This document shows, in pieces, positions 18,456-27,894 of a DNA stretch of 64,000 bases. Position 1 is the first letter of the stretch; the number at the start of each line of letters is the position of its first letter. Made by a program: the position numbers and the translations under genes. The notes under the pieces were generated by a model. It was not told the DNA's origin, did no database searches, and was given only the letters and a program-made list of their open reading frames with translations. Source of the DNA: an uncultured virus (IMG/VR IMGVR_UViG_3300034082_004432) (Duplodnaviria > Heunggongvirae > Uroviricota > Caudoviricetes); the IMG/VR virus record IMGVR_UViG_3300034082_004432, positions 1 through 64,000 of that record. One strand, 5' to 3'.

Positions 18456-20154
18456 ATTTCTTCACGATAACTATGATGTAGATACAATCTTTACACTTTC
18501 AGGAGGTGGTTGTATACATTTAGTTGATTCACTTGGAAAATCTGAAGACGTAAATTACATAGCAACTCATCATGAACAAGGAGCATCAATTGCTGCAGAG
18601 GGTTACGCTAGAAAGAAGAATAAACTAGGGGCTTGCTTAGTAACTTCTGGTCCTGGTGGTACAAATGCCCTCACAGGAACTCTATGCAGTTATTTGGATT
18701 CAGTTCCTGTGATAGTCATTAGTGGACAAGTAAACACTCCAATGACTACAAATTACACTAAATTGAGTCTTAGGCAATTAGGTGATCAAGAATTTGATAT
18801 TGTAAAAACTGCAAAGACAATGACAAAATTTGCTGTTCAAGTAAACAATCCAGAAGAAATTCGCTATTATCTAGAAAAAGCGTGTTATTTTGCACTTAAT
18901 AAAAGACCTGGACCTGTGTGGGTTGATATTCCCCTAGATGTACAGTCTGCTCAAATTGAACCATCAAAATTGAAACCTTTTGTGCCAAGTATTATTGAGA
19001 TGACGCAATCTACAGTAGATTATATTTCTATAGTGAACTCTTGGAATAAAGCAAAGAAACCATTACTAATTGTTGGGAATGGTGTAAGAATTTCAGGAGC
19101 TGTTGAAAATTTATTTGAGCTTCTAGATAAGACCAATATACCTGTCATTACTGCAGTTAATGGGAACGATATTGTCAATGAATCTTACCCCTACTATTAT
19201 GGGAGATTTGGTACTCATGCTCAGATATGCGCTAATAAGCTTATTAATGAAGCTGATTTTATAATTTCTATTGGTTCAAGACTTTATGTACGTCAAATAG
19301 GTTACAATTTTGATGATTTTGGCAAAAACGCATACAAAATTGCAGTAGATATTGACTCAAACGAATTAGAAAAACCTACACTTAGACTTGATATGAAAGT
19401 TTGCGAAGATGCAAAAAAATTCATAAATAATTTGAATAAAGTTTTCATCAATAAAGCTTCAGCAGATTGGATATCAGAATGTGAAGCTCTGAGGTCTCCA
19501 AAAGTATTAGCCAAACATCGTGAAAAAACTGATTATGTAAGTAATTACTTTTTGATTGAAAAATTATCAGAAATAACTCCCCCTACTTACGACATAGTAA
19601 CAAGCGATGGATCTGCCAATGTTGTCACTATGCAGGTAGTGAAGCTAAAAGACAACCAGAGACTTATTACAAATACTGGTTGTGCCCCTATGGGTTATGG
19701 CCTTCCTTGTGCTATCGGAGTTGCTTCTACTGGGCAAAAAACATTATGTATTGAAGGTGATGGAAGTTTACATCTTAATATTCATGAACTTCAAACAATG
19801 ATGCACAACAATTTGCCGATTAAAATTTTACTGCTAAATAATGAAGGTTATTTGTCGATCAAAGTAACACAAAAATCATTTTTCAAAGGTCATTATGTAG
19901 CTTCAGAAAAATCAAGTGGAGTTTCTTTTCCAAATTTTCAAAAAATATCTGATGCATATGGAATACCTTATTTTGCTATTAAAAATAATAGTGAAATTGA
20001 AAGTCGATTGACTGAGTTCTTTGAATATGATGGGCCTTGTCTTTGCGAAGTTTTCACAGATCCAAATGAAATTTTTGAACCTAGAGTTGTAGCAAAGATG
20101 GATGAAAATGGAAGATTTATTCCAGGCAGACTATCTGAAGCTCAGTGGAGCTAA
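18430..20154 (+). CDS. Thiamine-diphosphate enzyme, acetolactate synthase/YerE-like
   Basis: HHEQGASIAAEGY, VTSGPGGTN, RPGPVWVDIPLDVQ, MGYGLP, GDGSL...NNEGY. Confidence 0.88.
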   Translation: MKLSDYVIKFLHDNYDVDTIFTLSGGGCIHLVDSLGKSEDVNYIATHHEQGASIAAEGYARKKNKLGACLVTSGPGGTNALTGTLCSYLDSVPVIVISGQVNTPMTTNYTKLSLRQLGDQEFDIVKTAKTMTKFAVQVNNPEEIRYYLEKACYFALNKRPGPVWVDIPLDVQSAQIEPSKLKPFVPSIIEMTQSTVDYISIVNSWNKAKKPLLIVGNGVRISGAVENLFELLDKTNIPVITAVNGNDIVNESYPYYYGRFGTHAQICANKLINEADFIISIGSRLYVRQIGYNFDDFGKNAYKIAVDIDSNELEKPTLRLDMKVCEDAKKFINNLNKVFINKASADWISECEALRSPKVLAKHREKTDYVSNYFLIEKLSEITPPTYDIVTSDGSANVVTMQVVKLKDNQRLITNTGCAPMGYGLPCAIGVASTGQKTLCIEGDGSLHLNIHELQTMMHNNLPIKILLLNNEGYLSIKVTQKSFFKGHYVASEKSSGVSFPNFQKISDAYGIPYFAIKNNSEIESRLTEFFEYDGPCLCEVFTDPNEIFEPRVVAKMDENGRFIPGRLSEAQWS

Positions 20155-20155
20155 T

Positions 20156-20983
20156 ATGAAAAAGTTATTAATTACTGGTAGTAATGGATACATTGCCCGA
20201 AATATAGCCAAGCAATTTTCTGACTATGATTTAACCTTAGCAAATAGATCCAACTTGAATTTAATAGATGCCAAATCTGTAAAAAAATTTTTTGAACATA
20301 GATTTTTTGATGCTGTAATTCACACAGCTACTTCTGGTGGAAGTAGACTCAAAGAAGATACTTCAGATGTTTTTTATGAAAACTGCATAATGCATCAAAA
20401 TATATTAGATAATGCTTGCTCATTTGATAAATATATTTCATTTGGATCAGGAGCAGAATTAGACAGAAGATACGGAATTGATCCTTCTGTTGAATTGAAA
20501 AGTGCTTTTCCAATTGATCCTTATGGGATGAGTAAAAACTTTATTGCCAAGTCTGGAATATTGTATCCAAATTTTCATAATATAAGAATATTTAATGTTT
20601 TCAATGAAGATGAACTTTCTTCTAGAATGATAAAAGCAAGTATTGTTAATTACATAAATAAAAAACCAATTGTAATTCATCAAGATAAATGGATGGATTT
20701 TTTCTATATGGATGATTTATGTGAAGTTATAAAATTTGTTATTGAATCAAATACTTCACAAAAAATTATTAACTGTTCTTACCAAGAAAAATACAAGCTT
20801 AGTACAATTGCGGAAATTATAAATGAATTGTCCGACCATAAAGTTGATATTGTTGTCAATAGCAGCTCTTTTGGATTAAATTATTACGGTGATTATAATT
20901 TGCATTTATTTGATATAGATTTGCTTGGATTACATTTGGGTATAAAAAATACATATAATAAATTAAGGGATGAATTAAATTGA
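20156..20983 (+). CDS. NAD-dependent sugar epimerase/reductase
   Basis: Start moved to ATG 20156 (MKKLLITGSNGYIA). FGSGAE, PYGMSK, DFFYMDDL. Confidence 0.83.
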   Translation: MKKLLITGSNGYIARNIAKQFSDYDLTLANRSNLNLIDAKSVKKFFEHRFFDAVIHTATSGGSRLKEDTSDVFYENCIMHQNILDNACSFDKYISFGSGAELDRRYGIDPSVELKSAFPIDPYGMSKNFIAKSGILYPNFHNIRIFNVFNEDELSSRMIKASIVNYINKKPIVIHQDKWMDFFYMDDLCEVIKFVIESNTSQKIINCSYQEKYKLSTIAEIINELSDHKVDIVVNSSSFGLNYYGDYNLHLFDIDLLGLHLGIKNTYNKLRDELN

Positions 20984-21780
20984 AAAATTTACTGGTCAAC
21001 TTTTCTGTCGGAGATAAATGCATTGATTCTTTAGAAGGTGATATTTTCTTGAACTCACTTTCAAAATTTAAAACATTTGAAAAGGCAGTATTTGTAAGTA
21101 ATGTCAGTCCTCAGAACATTAAGAAGCTAGAAAGATACTTCGATATCATCATTCCTAATAATGAGAATTTATATACAAGTTATTTAGCTTTGTATAATTG
21201 GCTTTCAGAACATGTTGATGAATATAAATACGTTATGCATTCTGACTTGAGAGATGTAGTTATACAAACAGATCCTTTTCAATTTTTTGAATCTCATCCT
21301 GATATAAATATGTTTTATTCATTGGAAGGCATGAAGATAAAAGAAAATGACTGTAATTTATGGTGGGAACAATCTTTGAGAACAATGCTCAGGTCTCACA
21401 ATGATTCTTATGAAGATGAATGGGTGATTAATGGGGGAATATTTGGAGGCAAAATTGAACATATGATCAATCACTGTTTGATGATGTTTTCAAATACAAA
21501 TAGAAAATCACAATTCTTGGTTATGGATCAACAATTTTTGGGATACTTAAGCCAATATCTCAAGAATAATCCTAAGAATATGTTATGTCATCCTTACAAT
21601 GATACTTTTGCATGTACTGGAGAAGCTATAAAGCGTGATAATGTAGAAGTTTTCTTTGATGGTAAGCAAGTCACCAATAAAGATGGTGTTCCTTACTGCA
21701 TATTTCATCAATGGGATAGAACAGAATTAGCAAATCATTTTCTTGCTAAAGAATCAAACACGTTGAGATTCTCTCTCTAA
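20980..21780 (+). CDS. Putative GT-A glycosyltransferase
   Basis: TTG start. SDLRDVVIQTDPF (DxxD-type), INGGIFGG, DQQFL, HQWDR. Confidence 0.68.
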   Translation: MKNLLVNFSVGDKCIDSLEGDIFLNSLSKFKTFEKAVFVSNVSPQNIKKLERYFDIIIPNNENLYTSYLALYNWLSEHVDEYKYVMHSDLRDVVIQTDPFQFFESHPDINMFYSLEGMKIKENDCNLWWEQSLRTMLRSHNDSYEDEWVINGGIFGGKIEHMINHCLMMFSNTNRKSQFLVMDQQFLGYLSQYLKNNPKNMLCHPYNDTFACTGEAIKRDNVEVFFDGKQVTNKDGVPYCIFHQWDRTELANHFLAKESNTLRFSL

Positions 21781-22347
21781 GTCTATATCCAAATTAGCAG
21801 CTGATTCTGGCTTGACTTCATTTTTGGTAGCCAGAACAAGTTGAATAGTTTCAAATTCTTTCATGCTTAAGTTTGCAAATTCATCTTTACTCATGGAAAC
21901 TAATCCTCTTGTCATATAATCAATTTCTACGATTAGAGGGGGAAGAGGATAAGTTTCTGTATCATTTGGATTGTAATATTTTTTTGCAGCTATGTAATAA
22001 AAATTAGCTTCATCTGCATTTAAGTAAAGATAGTTTTGATATTCCACCCATAATTTTTCAATTACTGTGTGGTTCATTGTATGAATCAAAGATGTTTCAA
22101 ATTCTGGGATATATTCTATGTTTGTACTAGAATCATAAGCACGTAGAATAGCGAGACTTAAGATTTCTCTTTTTTCGAATTCTGAATTTTGATAAACTAT
22201 ATTGTCTTTTTTTCTAAAAGATTTTGCGTCTATCAGCAAGCCTTCTTTCCAGGTTATTTCTCTTACAATAAATTTTACTGAATCAATATTTATAATATGT
22301 ACTTTATCTGATTTAATTTTTTCGTAATATTCAATAAATTCTTTCAT
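21754..22347 (-). CDS. Hypothetical protein, tail assembly chaperone-like
   Basis: Lies directly downstream of a tube-like gene. KFIVREITWKE N-terminal part; helical acidic C-terminal part. Confidence 0.35.
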   Translation of the reverse strand: MKEFIEYYEKIKSDKVHIINIDSVKFIVREITWKEGLLIDAKSFRKKDNIVYQNSEFEKREILSLAILRAYDSSTNIEYIPEFETSLIHTMNHTVIEKLWVEYQNYLYLNADEANFYYIAAKKYYNPNDTETYPLPPLIVEIDYMTRGLVSMSKDEFANLSMKEFETIQLVLATKNEVKPESAANLDIDLERESQRV

Positions 22348-23576
22348 TATAAAAACTCTGAAACTCTAGTGTTCCCTAAACCATTGAACGAAGTAATTTC
22401 TGTAAGCCTAACACTAAAGTTATACTCAATAAAATATCCACCACCAGGACTTATCGTTATAACAGGTTGTTGCCAGTCAACATTTTTCATTGTGTAGTAA
22501 AAAACACTTCCAAAATAAAGAGTTAAAGATGAAGCATTAGTCGTGATAAAACTATAATTTTGTGGGCTAAATAATTTTATTGATCCCTTGACTGTTCTAC
22601 TGCCAAGAGATGCAAATCTTGGTCCAACAACATCTGTAAATTCTGTAAGACTGTTATCAAAAGAATATCCAGGATAAGTAAAAGAGAAATCTATATTTTG
22701 ATCTATTGATAGAGACATGCTTACAATTTTATAAATTGGCATTTTCTGTGAACTATACGAATTTTGCACAGCTTTGGCAAAATCATCGAACTTTAAATAT
22801 AAACCTTGATAAAAGGCACAATCTGATAAATTTATAGCCCTATATTTATTTAGAAAATTATTTGATTCTACAGTAATATTTTGATTATCTGATGTATTCA
22901 ATGTTTTCATTTTTATATAGTTTTGTAATAATTGAGGTCGTGTAGTCGAAACTCCAGTTGGTGATATTAGAGATCTGCCTCCTGAAACTGAACAACTAAT
23001 TTCTACATCTCCCAAATTTTCCATACCATCAACACTAATTGTGAATGAATTTACAAATGCTGGGCCAAAAGATCTGTGAGTAGGTATAGAAGAACAAAAT
23101 AATAATGGATATAAAGGTATAAAAGAAGCTCTGTAAAGTATTATTTCTGCTGGATACTGCTGGTTGACATTTGTTGATAAAATTGGGTTAAAAGAAAAAT
23201 TGCCAGAATATTGATAATTTCCAAAAGTAGGATGATTTAAAACAGATAATCCAGAAAAATTTCTTACTGGTTGGTAAATATTTTGTCCAGCATTATCAGT
23301 AAAATTTGAACAATACAAAGGTTTGTAATCTGATGAAAATTTCTTAGTTACGTATATGCCAAAACTATCATTTTTAGCATATAGGCTCAATAGATAAAGA
23401 TCCCAAACATAAGATCTAGAACCTGTAATATTTTTTGCAACTCTATATCCACCAAAGTATTTAAACTGTTGAAAATAAGGCTGTGCCAATCTGAAAGGTG
23501 CCAGTTCAACAACATAAATGTTATGCCCTGAAGCTGGATAAATTCCATTGATGACATTGTTTACAATATCTGGCAT
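22347..23576 (-). CDS. Tail tube-like protein (paralog B)
   Basis: C-terminal KIVSMSLSIDQNI...LGSRTVKGSIKLF...LTLYFG...YTMKNVDW...IEYNFSV resembles tube-protein folds. Confidence 0.5.
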   Translation of the reverse strand: MPDIVNNVINGIYPASGHNIYVVELAPFRLAQPYFQQFKYFGGYRVAKNITGSRSYVWDLYLLSLYAKNDSFGIYVTKKFSSDYKPLYCSNFTDNAGQNIYQPVRNFSGLSVLNHPTFGNYQYSGNFSFNPILSTNVNQQYPAEIILYRASFIPLYPLLFCSSIPTHRSFGPAFVNSFTISVDGMENLGDVEISCSVSGGRSLISPTGVSTTRPQLLQNYIKMKTLNTSDNQNITVESNNFLNKYRAINLSDCAFYQGLYLKFDDFAKAVQNSYSSQKMPIYKIVSMSLSIDQNIDFSFTYPGYSFDNSLTEFTDVVGPRFASLGSRTVKGSIKLFSPQNYSFITTNASSLTLYFGSVFYYTMKNVDWQQPVITISPGGGYFIEYNFSVRLTEITSFNGLGNTRVSEFL

Positions 23577-23963
23577 TTATTTTCCGCCTGTCAACTCCAA
23601 CCATTTTTTTGATAATGATTTCACTAATTCGTATCTCATCATACTAACATTATGTGGGTCTGGATAAAAGGTTTCTTCATTATCACCATCTTTGATTCTG
23701 ATGACTGAGAAAAAATTACTTATAATACTTTTGCACAAGACAGAAGTTCTTAGAAGAGGATTACCTGTGACTGAATTTATAATCGTAGCTTCTTCTATAA
23801 TATTTGACATATCTGCAAAATTTCTTCCTTTTACATCACAAGAAATTTCACATTTTCCATTAGGATCTATTTTGTAACATACAACCTCATTATTGTCATC
23901 TCTGATGACATTGCAATTTAATACAAGATTAAATCTTTTACCAGCATCTACAAAAATACTCAT
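23577..23963 (-). CDS. Hypothetical protein (possible tail chaperone)
   Basis: 128-aa ORF translationally coupled between the two tube-like genes. Confidence 0.5.
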   Translation of the reverse strand: MSIFVDAGKRFNLVLNCNVIRDDNNEVVCYKIDPNGKCEISCDVKGRNFADMSNIIEEATIINSVTGNPLLRTSVLCKSIISNFFSVIRIKDGDNEETFYPDPHNVSMMRYELVKSLSKKWLELTGGK

Positions 23964-25435
23964 TAATAACTTCCTGTTGATTTTAAGATAGGATCAAATG
24001 TGTAATTTTGAGTTGCCACAGTAAAATTAACTTTATTTTTTTGATACTCTACTCTAGAGTGTTGTTGTGATTCTGTGGACCAAACAACTTCTGGCAACTC
24101 TAATTTAATTGGTCCCATATCAAAAGTTATACCATCATTATTTATGCTACTTGGACCTGATAAAAATTCGACCATAGCCCAAGGTTTCATAGGACCAGTG
24201 TATGTAATTGATCCAGATATTTTTCTTCCCTCTGAGTAATATCCAAATGGCAAAGAATTTTTGAAAAAGTTTTGTTTACTGTCGCTGCCTTTTGAATTAA
24301 GAGTAAAAACAGGTTTTAAATTATTTTCTATAGATATTGACATTTCAGTAACATAAATGCTGTCAAGTTGAGTTTGTTGAAATCCTCTAAACAATTTAGA
24401 ATTTAATACTCCGCCTAATCCAAACAAGCCATATTCTGGAGCACTCTTATAGACTCTGACATTATATCCATTCAATATATAACTTGGTTTTTTCTTAAAA
24501 TAATTTTCAACTATAGAAGTAAAATTATTAAACATTTGTACTTGGTAAGTTCTGTCAACATTCAAAACTTTCAAATCTATGTATGCTACAATTTGTTCTC
24601 CAGGAACAAAATTGATAGCAAATTTTTCAACCAAACAACCACTCAGTAATCCTTGTTTCAATGTAAATAACGAAAAAGATGCATCTCTTCCCGTAGATTG
24701 TGGATATGCAGAAATAAATGATGTGTCTCTGTTAAAAGATGTATTAATACCAGCACCAATTGTCAAAAGACTGTTTGCTTTATTTATTGAAGTTATTTCA
24801 ACTAGATCGTAATATGAATTATTATCTGATTTTATCTTTGCTTGAAATGGTAGATTTAGTCCCATAAATTCTGCAATGTTATCAATATATAATGATGTCG
24901 TTCCTGCTCCTATAACAGAAGAATTATCACTTGTAAATCTGCCAATAAATGATGTTGGAGAACCTTGAAATGCTTGTATACAATAATCAAAAAAAGCAGC
25001 TAATGAAAAGTCTAAGTATCCCCAACTATCAACTTTAAATGGATATGTAAAACTAACATTGTACTCTTTTGGTCCAAGTTGAAAGGTATTTGGATTTGCT
25101 CCTTCGCCTGCATATCTTTGACCAGCTTCAGATTCTTGAGCTCCCATAATATTGAAATTATCTATCGAAAACAAATAATTTGAATTTATATTATTGAATG
25201 ACAAATTGAAATCTGGATCTTCTGCATACTCTCTAGACAAAGCAAAAATGTCATAGTATCCAGTTTCAAAAGCTGGAGCATAAAGTTGAGATCTAAAATT
25301 GTTGTATGCTTCTCTATATAAGTATTGCGATGGAAAACTTTCAGAACTTCCAATGCTAGGAACTATAACAGTTTGATCTACGCCAAAAGCTTTTACTTGT
25401 GGTTTGAGTGAACTTGAAGGAGTACTTTTTCTCAT
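23963..25435 (-). CDS. Tail tube-like protein (paralog A)
   Basis: LSGCLVEKFAINFVPGE, YVTEMSISIENNLKP, EGRKISGSITY, IKLELPEVVW...KVNFTV. Confidence 0.55.
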   Translation of the reverse strand: MRKSTPSSSLKPQVKAFGVDQTVIVPSIGSSESFPSQYLYREAYNNFRSQLYAPAFETGYYDIFALSREYAEDPDFNLSFNNINSNYLFSIDNFNIMGAQESEAGQRYAGEGANPNTFQLGPKEYNVSFTYPFKVDSWGYLDFSLAAFFDYCIQAFQGSPTSFIGRFTSDNSSVIGAGTTSLYIDNIAEFMGLNLPFQAKIKSDNNSYYDLVEITSINKANSLLTIGAGINTSFNRDTSFISAYPQSTGRDASFSLFTLKQGLLSGCLVEKFAINFVPGEQIVAYIDLKVLNVDRTYQVQMFNNFTSIVENYFKKKPSYILNGYNVRVYKSAPEYGLFGLGGVLNSKLFRGFQQTQLDSIYVTEMSISIENNLKPVFTLNSKGSDSKQNFFKNSLPFGYYSEGRKISGSITYTGPMKPWAMVEFLSGPSSINNDGITFDMGPIKLELPEVVWSTESQQHSRVEYQKNKVNFTVATQNYTFDPILKSTGSY

Positions 25436-25443
25436 CTCAAAAC

Positions 25444-27894
25444 CTAAGGTGCGGTTTCAACAGTTATAAGATCATAAATATCCCATAATATTGGACCATT
25501 ATTTATTCTAGTCAAGTTTTCACCTGGAGTTACATAAGCATCAATAACTCTGTCAAAGACTTGTAAATCGTTTCCTAAAGTAAACCTTTGATTTCTAAGT
25601 GTTCCTTTTGGAATTGTAGTTGTCAAGGTAGTAGGAATGCCATTATCACCATTTTTTGCTATAACTGTGACAATTAAGTCATTCTTGATTGTTTGATCAT
25701 CAGTAGTTGCAATACCAGTTGTAGAGCCATTGAAAACTACGTTTGATATTGTCAAATCCTCAACATTTGGAACATAAACAGATAATTGCCTTGGCTCTAA
25801 AGCAATTCTGTTGGTAAGTTTGATTCCTCTTTTAAGAACTTCTCCAGGTATGTTTCCATCATCCAAATAGCCTCTAAACTTATAGTATGCTGTACCACCT
25901 GAGCCTGTCCAAGAAGTTCCATTATTTACAGAGGTAAGTCCTTGTCCTGAACCACCTAATATGACTCTTGTGTACAAACTAGTTGACCCCAAGGCTGTTG
26001 TAAAATCTGATGGTTTGTCTATCACTAACCAATAAGATGTTCCTTGATCTAAATTTACACCAGAATTGAATTTAACTGTATATTCATTAGTGCCTTGAGT
26101 TATGTCAGAATTTCTCAATACTGATTCACTTGAAATCATTCCATTTGGCGTGGGAGTTGTACCTGTAGCTGAATAAATTGATAATGATAATCCAGTTGTT
26201 CCGTACCCTGTAGATTGTCCACCAGCTGTGTAGTTCAACTTGAAAGTAACTCCACCTACAAAACAATCTTCTATTGGAGTTATCTTAAAAGCTGTTTTTC
26301 CATTTCTCAATAAAAGATCAGTATCATCTTCTACACTCAGGATTGTATTGTAAGCTGGATATTGAATTTCATCAGTATTTGTTAGCTTTCTTTCTATCAA
26401 ATCACTACTCAATTGCGGCTTTTTATAAACGTTATAGAACAGTGGATTCGTAATTCCTGCTCCTGACCAACTTAATTCAACTAAATAATTATTTGAAGTG
26501 TAATTTGAAGAAATTAAGTTACTATATACTGGAATGCTTTCAACATATTCATCAGTAGAAATATTATATACTATAGTCACTCCGTAAATTTGAGTTCCTG
26601 AAGATAAAGATGAAATATAATTTGAGCAAGGAATAACCAAATTTGTTAGTCCTGTTGCTGCAGCAGTGTTATCACTGCCAATAGCTGCATTATAAGTAAT
26701 CAAATCTCCTCTAAAAACAGCAAAAGTATGTTGAAGATCTGATCCTATTGTTTCATAGTAAGCTTTTGAAAAATTGTATGGTAATTCAAATCTCTCCAAT
26801 CCACTAAAAGATGTTCCTTTAGAATAAAATTCTGTTTTTCTGAAAGGTTGTGTTGCCAACAACTCTCTATTTGATAAGCTTGAATTGGAGGAGATTGTTG
26901 TCAAGTATCTGTAGACAGACGATACAGTATTTCTCACATAGTCGTTATATTTAAAGCTTTGTAAAGCATTGTTTGCTTCAATACAACTTTGAATTATCAA
27001 GCTCTTATCTGAAGATTCTCCCAATATTTGATATGTAGATATGTCTGTGGGCATATCTACTACTGTTCTAGTCAATCCAGTTCCAGAATCTACTACTAGT
27101 GGATTTTCTGGATTTTTGACCATAACTTTACCTATTGGAATCCAACTTTGCGGTAATGGTGGGAAGTAATCAAAAGTGGATACATTTTCATTAGATTCTA
27201 GAACAGGAAAACCTGTAATGAACTTGACTCTTGGTTGAAATAAAAATGTTACAGGGTTATCCAAGTAGTAAGTTGCTGGCAAAGTTCCAAAAGAAGATCC
27301 GTTGTAATAAGATGGATCAACAATCAGTCCCAGTAAATCATCAGTAACTTTTGAAAAAGTAATTAAGTAGTTTCCAACAAAAGCTTGAAGTGGAAATCCT
27401 AAATTAATAGCAATTGAAGTGTCTTTTACATATAGAATATTTGTACCTGATAAACAAGTTGTACTTACAGTAGTTGTCCATGTTTGGGATGCTTTTTGAA
27501 CTTCTGCAATAGGTAAACCAAGAGTGACTCCATATTTATAACTTGAACCAAAACCTCCTGAAGAATAGTTAGTAGACCATTCTTTTTTCAGAGGAATTTT
27601 TTGCGGTTGAAGATTGAATACTGATCCGTTGTATGCAACCTGTCCACTTCTAACTGTTACATAATATGGATCATAAGCTATATCATAAGTTACATCACAA
27701 CCTAATGGAGCTGTTTCTAGTATTCCAAAATATGGATATCCAGAATTTGCCATAGATAATAAATTATTTATTTCAAATATAGAAGATCCAGGGATATTTA
27801 CATCTCCAATGCCATAATTCAAGGCATCGTAAATATTCCCAACAGTTTTTGTAAGTTCGAGTACTATTTCTTCTACTTTTGATGAAATTGCCAT
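25444..27894 (-). CDS. Putative virion structural protein (816 aa, beta-rich, Ser/Thr/Gly-rich)
   Basis: Long ORF in the tail module. Its beta-sandwich-like domain AFKITP...YWLVI is shared with 28748-33451. Confidence 0.6.
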   Translation of the reverse strand: MAISSKVEEIVLELTKTVGNIYDALNYGIGDVNIPGSSIFEINNLLSMANSGYPYFGILETAPLGCDVTYDIAYDPYYVTVRSGQVAYNGSVFNLQPQKIPLKKEWSTNYSSGGFGSSYKYGVTLGLPIAEVQKASQTWTTTVSTTCLSGTNILYVKDTSIAINLGFPLQAFVGNYLITFSKVTDDLLGLIVDPSYYNGSSFGTLPATYYLDNPVTFLFQPRVKFITGFPVLESNENVSTFDYFPPLPQSWIPIGKVMVKNPENPLVVDSGTGLTRTVVDMPTDISTYQILGESSDKSLIIQSCIEANNALQSFKYNDYVRNTVSSVYRYLTTISSNSSLSNRELLATQPFRKTEFYSKGTSFSGLERFELPYNFSKAYYETIGSDLQHTFAVFRGDLITYNAAIGSDNTAAATGLTNLVIPCSNYISSLSSGTQIYGVTIVYNISTDEYVESIPVYSNLISSNYTSNNYLVELSWSGAGITNPLFYNVYKKPQLSSDLIERKLTNTDEIQYPAYNTILSVEDDTDLLLRNGKTAFKITPIEDCFVGGVTFKLNYTAGGQSTGYGTTGLSLSIYSATGTTPTPNGMISSESVLRNSDITQGTNEYTVKFNSGVNLDQGTSYWLVIDKPSDFTTALGSTSLYTRVILGGSGQGLTSVNNGTSWTGSGGTAYYKFRGYLDDGNIPGEVLKRGIKLTNRIALEPRQLSVYVPNVEDLTISNVVFNGSTTGIATTDDQTIKNDLIVTVIAKNGDNGIPTTLTTTIPKGTLRNQRFTLGNDLQVFDRVIDAYVTPGENLTRINNGPILWDIYDLITVETAP

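Noticed and set aside
17409..20154. aroB and ilvB as auxiliary amino-acid biosynthesis genes
   Set aside because: No other shikimate or branched-chain amino-acid genes and no ALS small subunit are present. The context is NDP-sugar enzymes.
208..21780. Ordinary bacterial O-antigen or capsule locus
   Set aside because: No flippase, polymerase, ABC exporter, chain-length regulator or initiating transferase. The flanks are phage morphogenesis-type genes.
23577..23612. A-AAA-AAA slippery heptamer near the end of the 128-aa chaperone-like gene
   Set aside because: The -1 frame stops after about 28 codons and the next gene is in frame 0, so no G/GT-type fusion would result. A runs are common in this genome.
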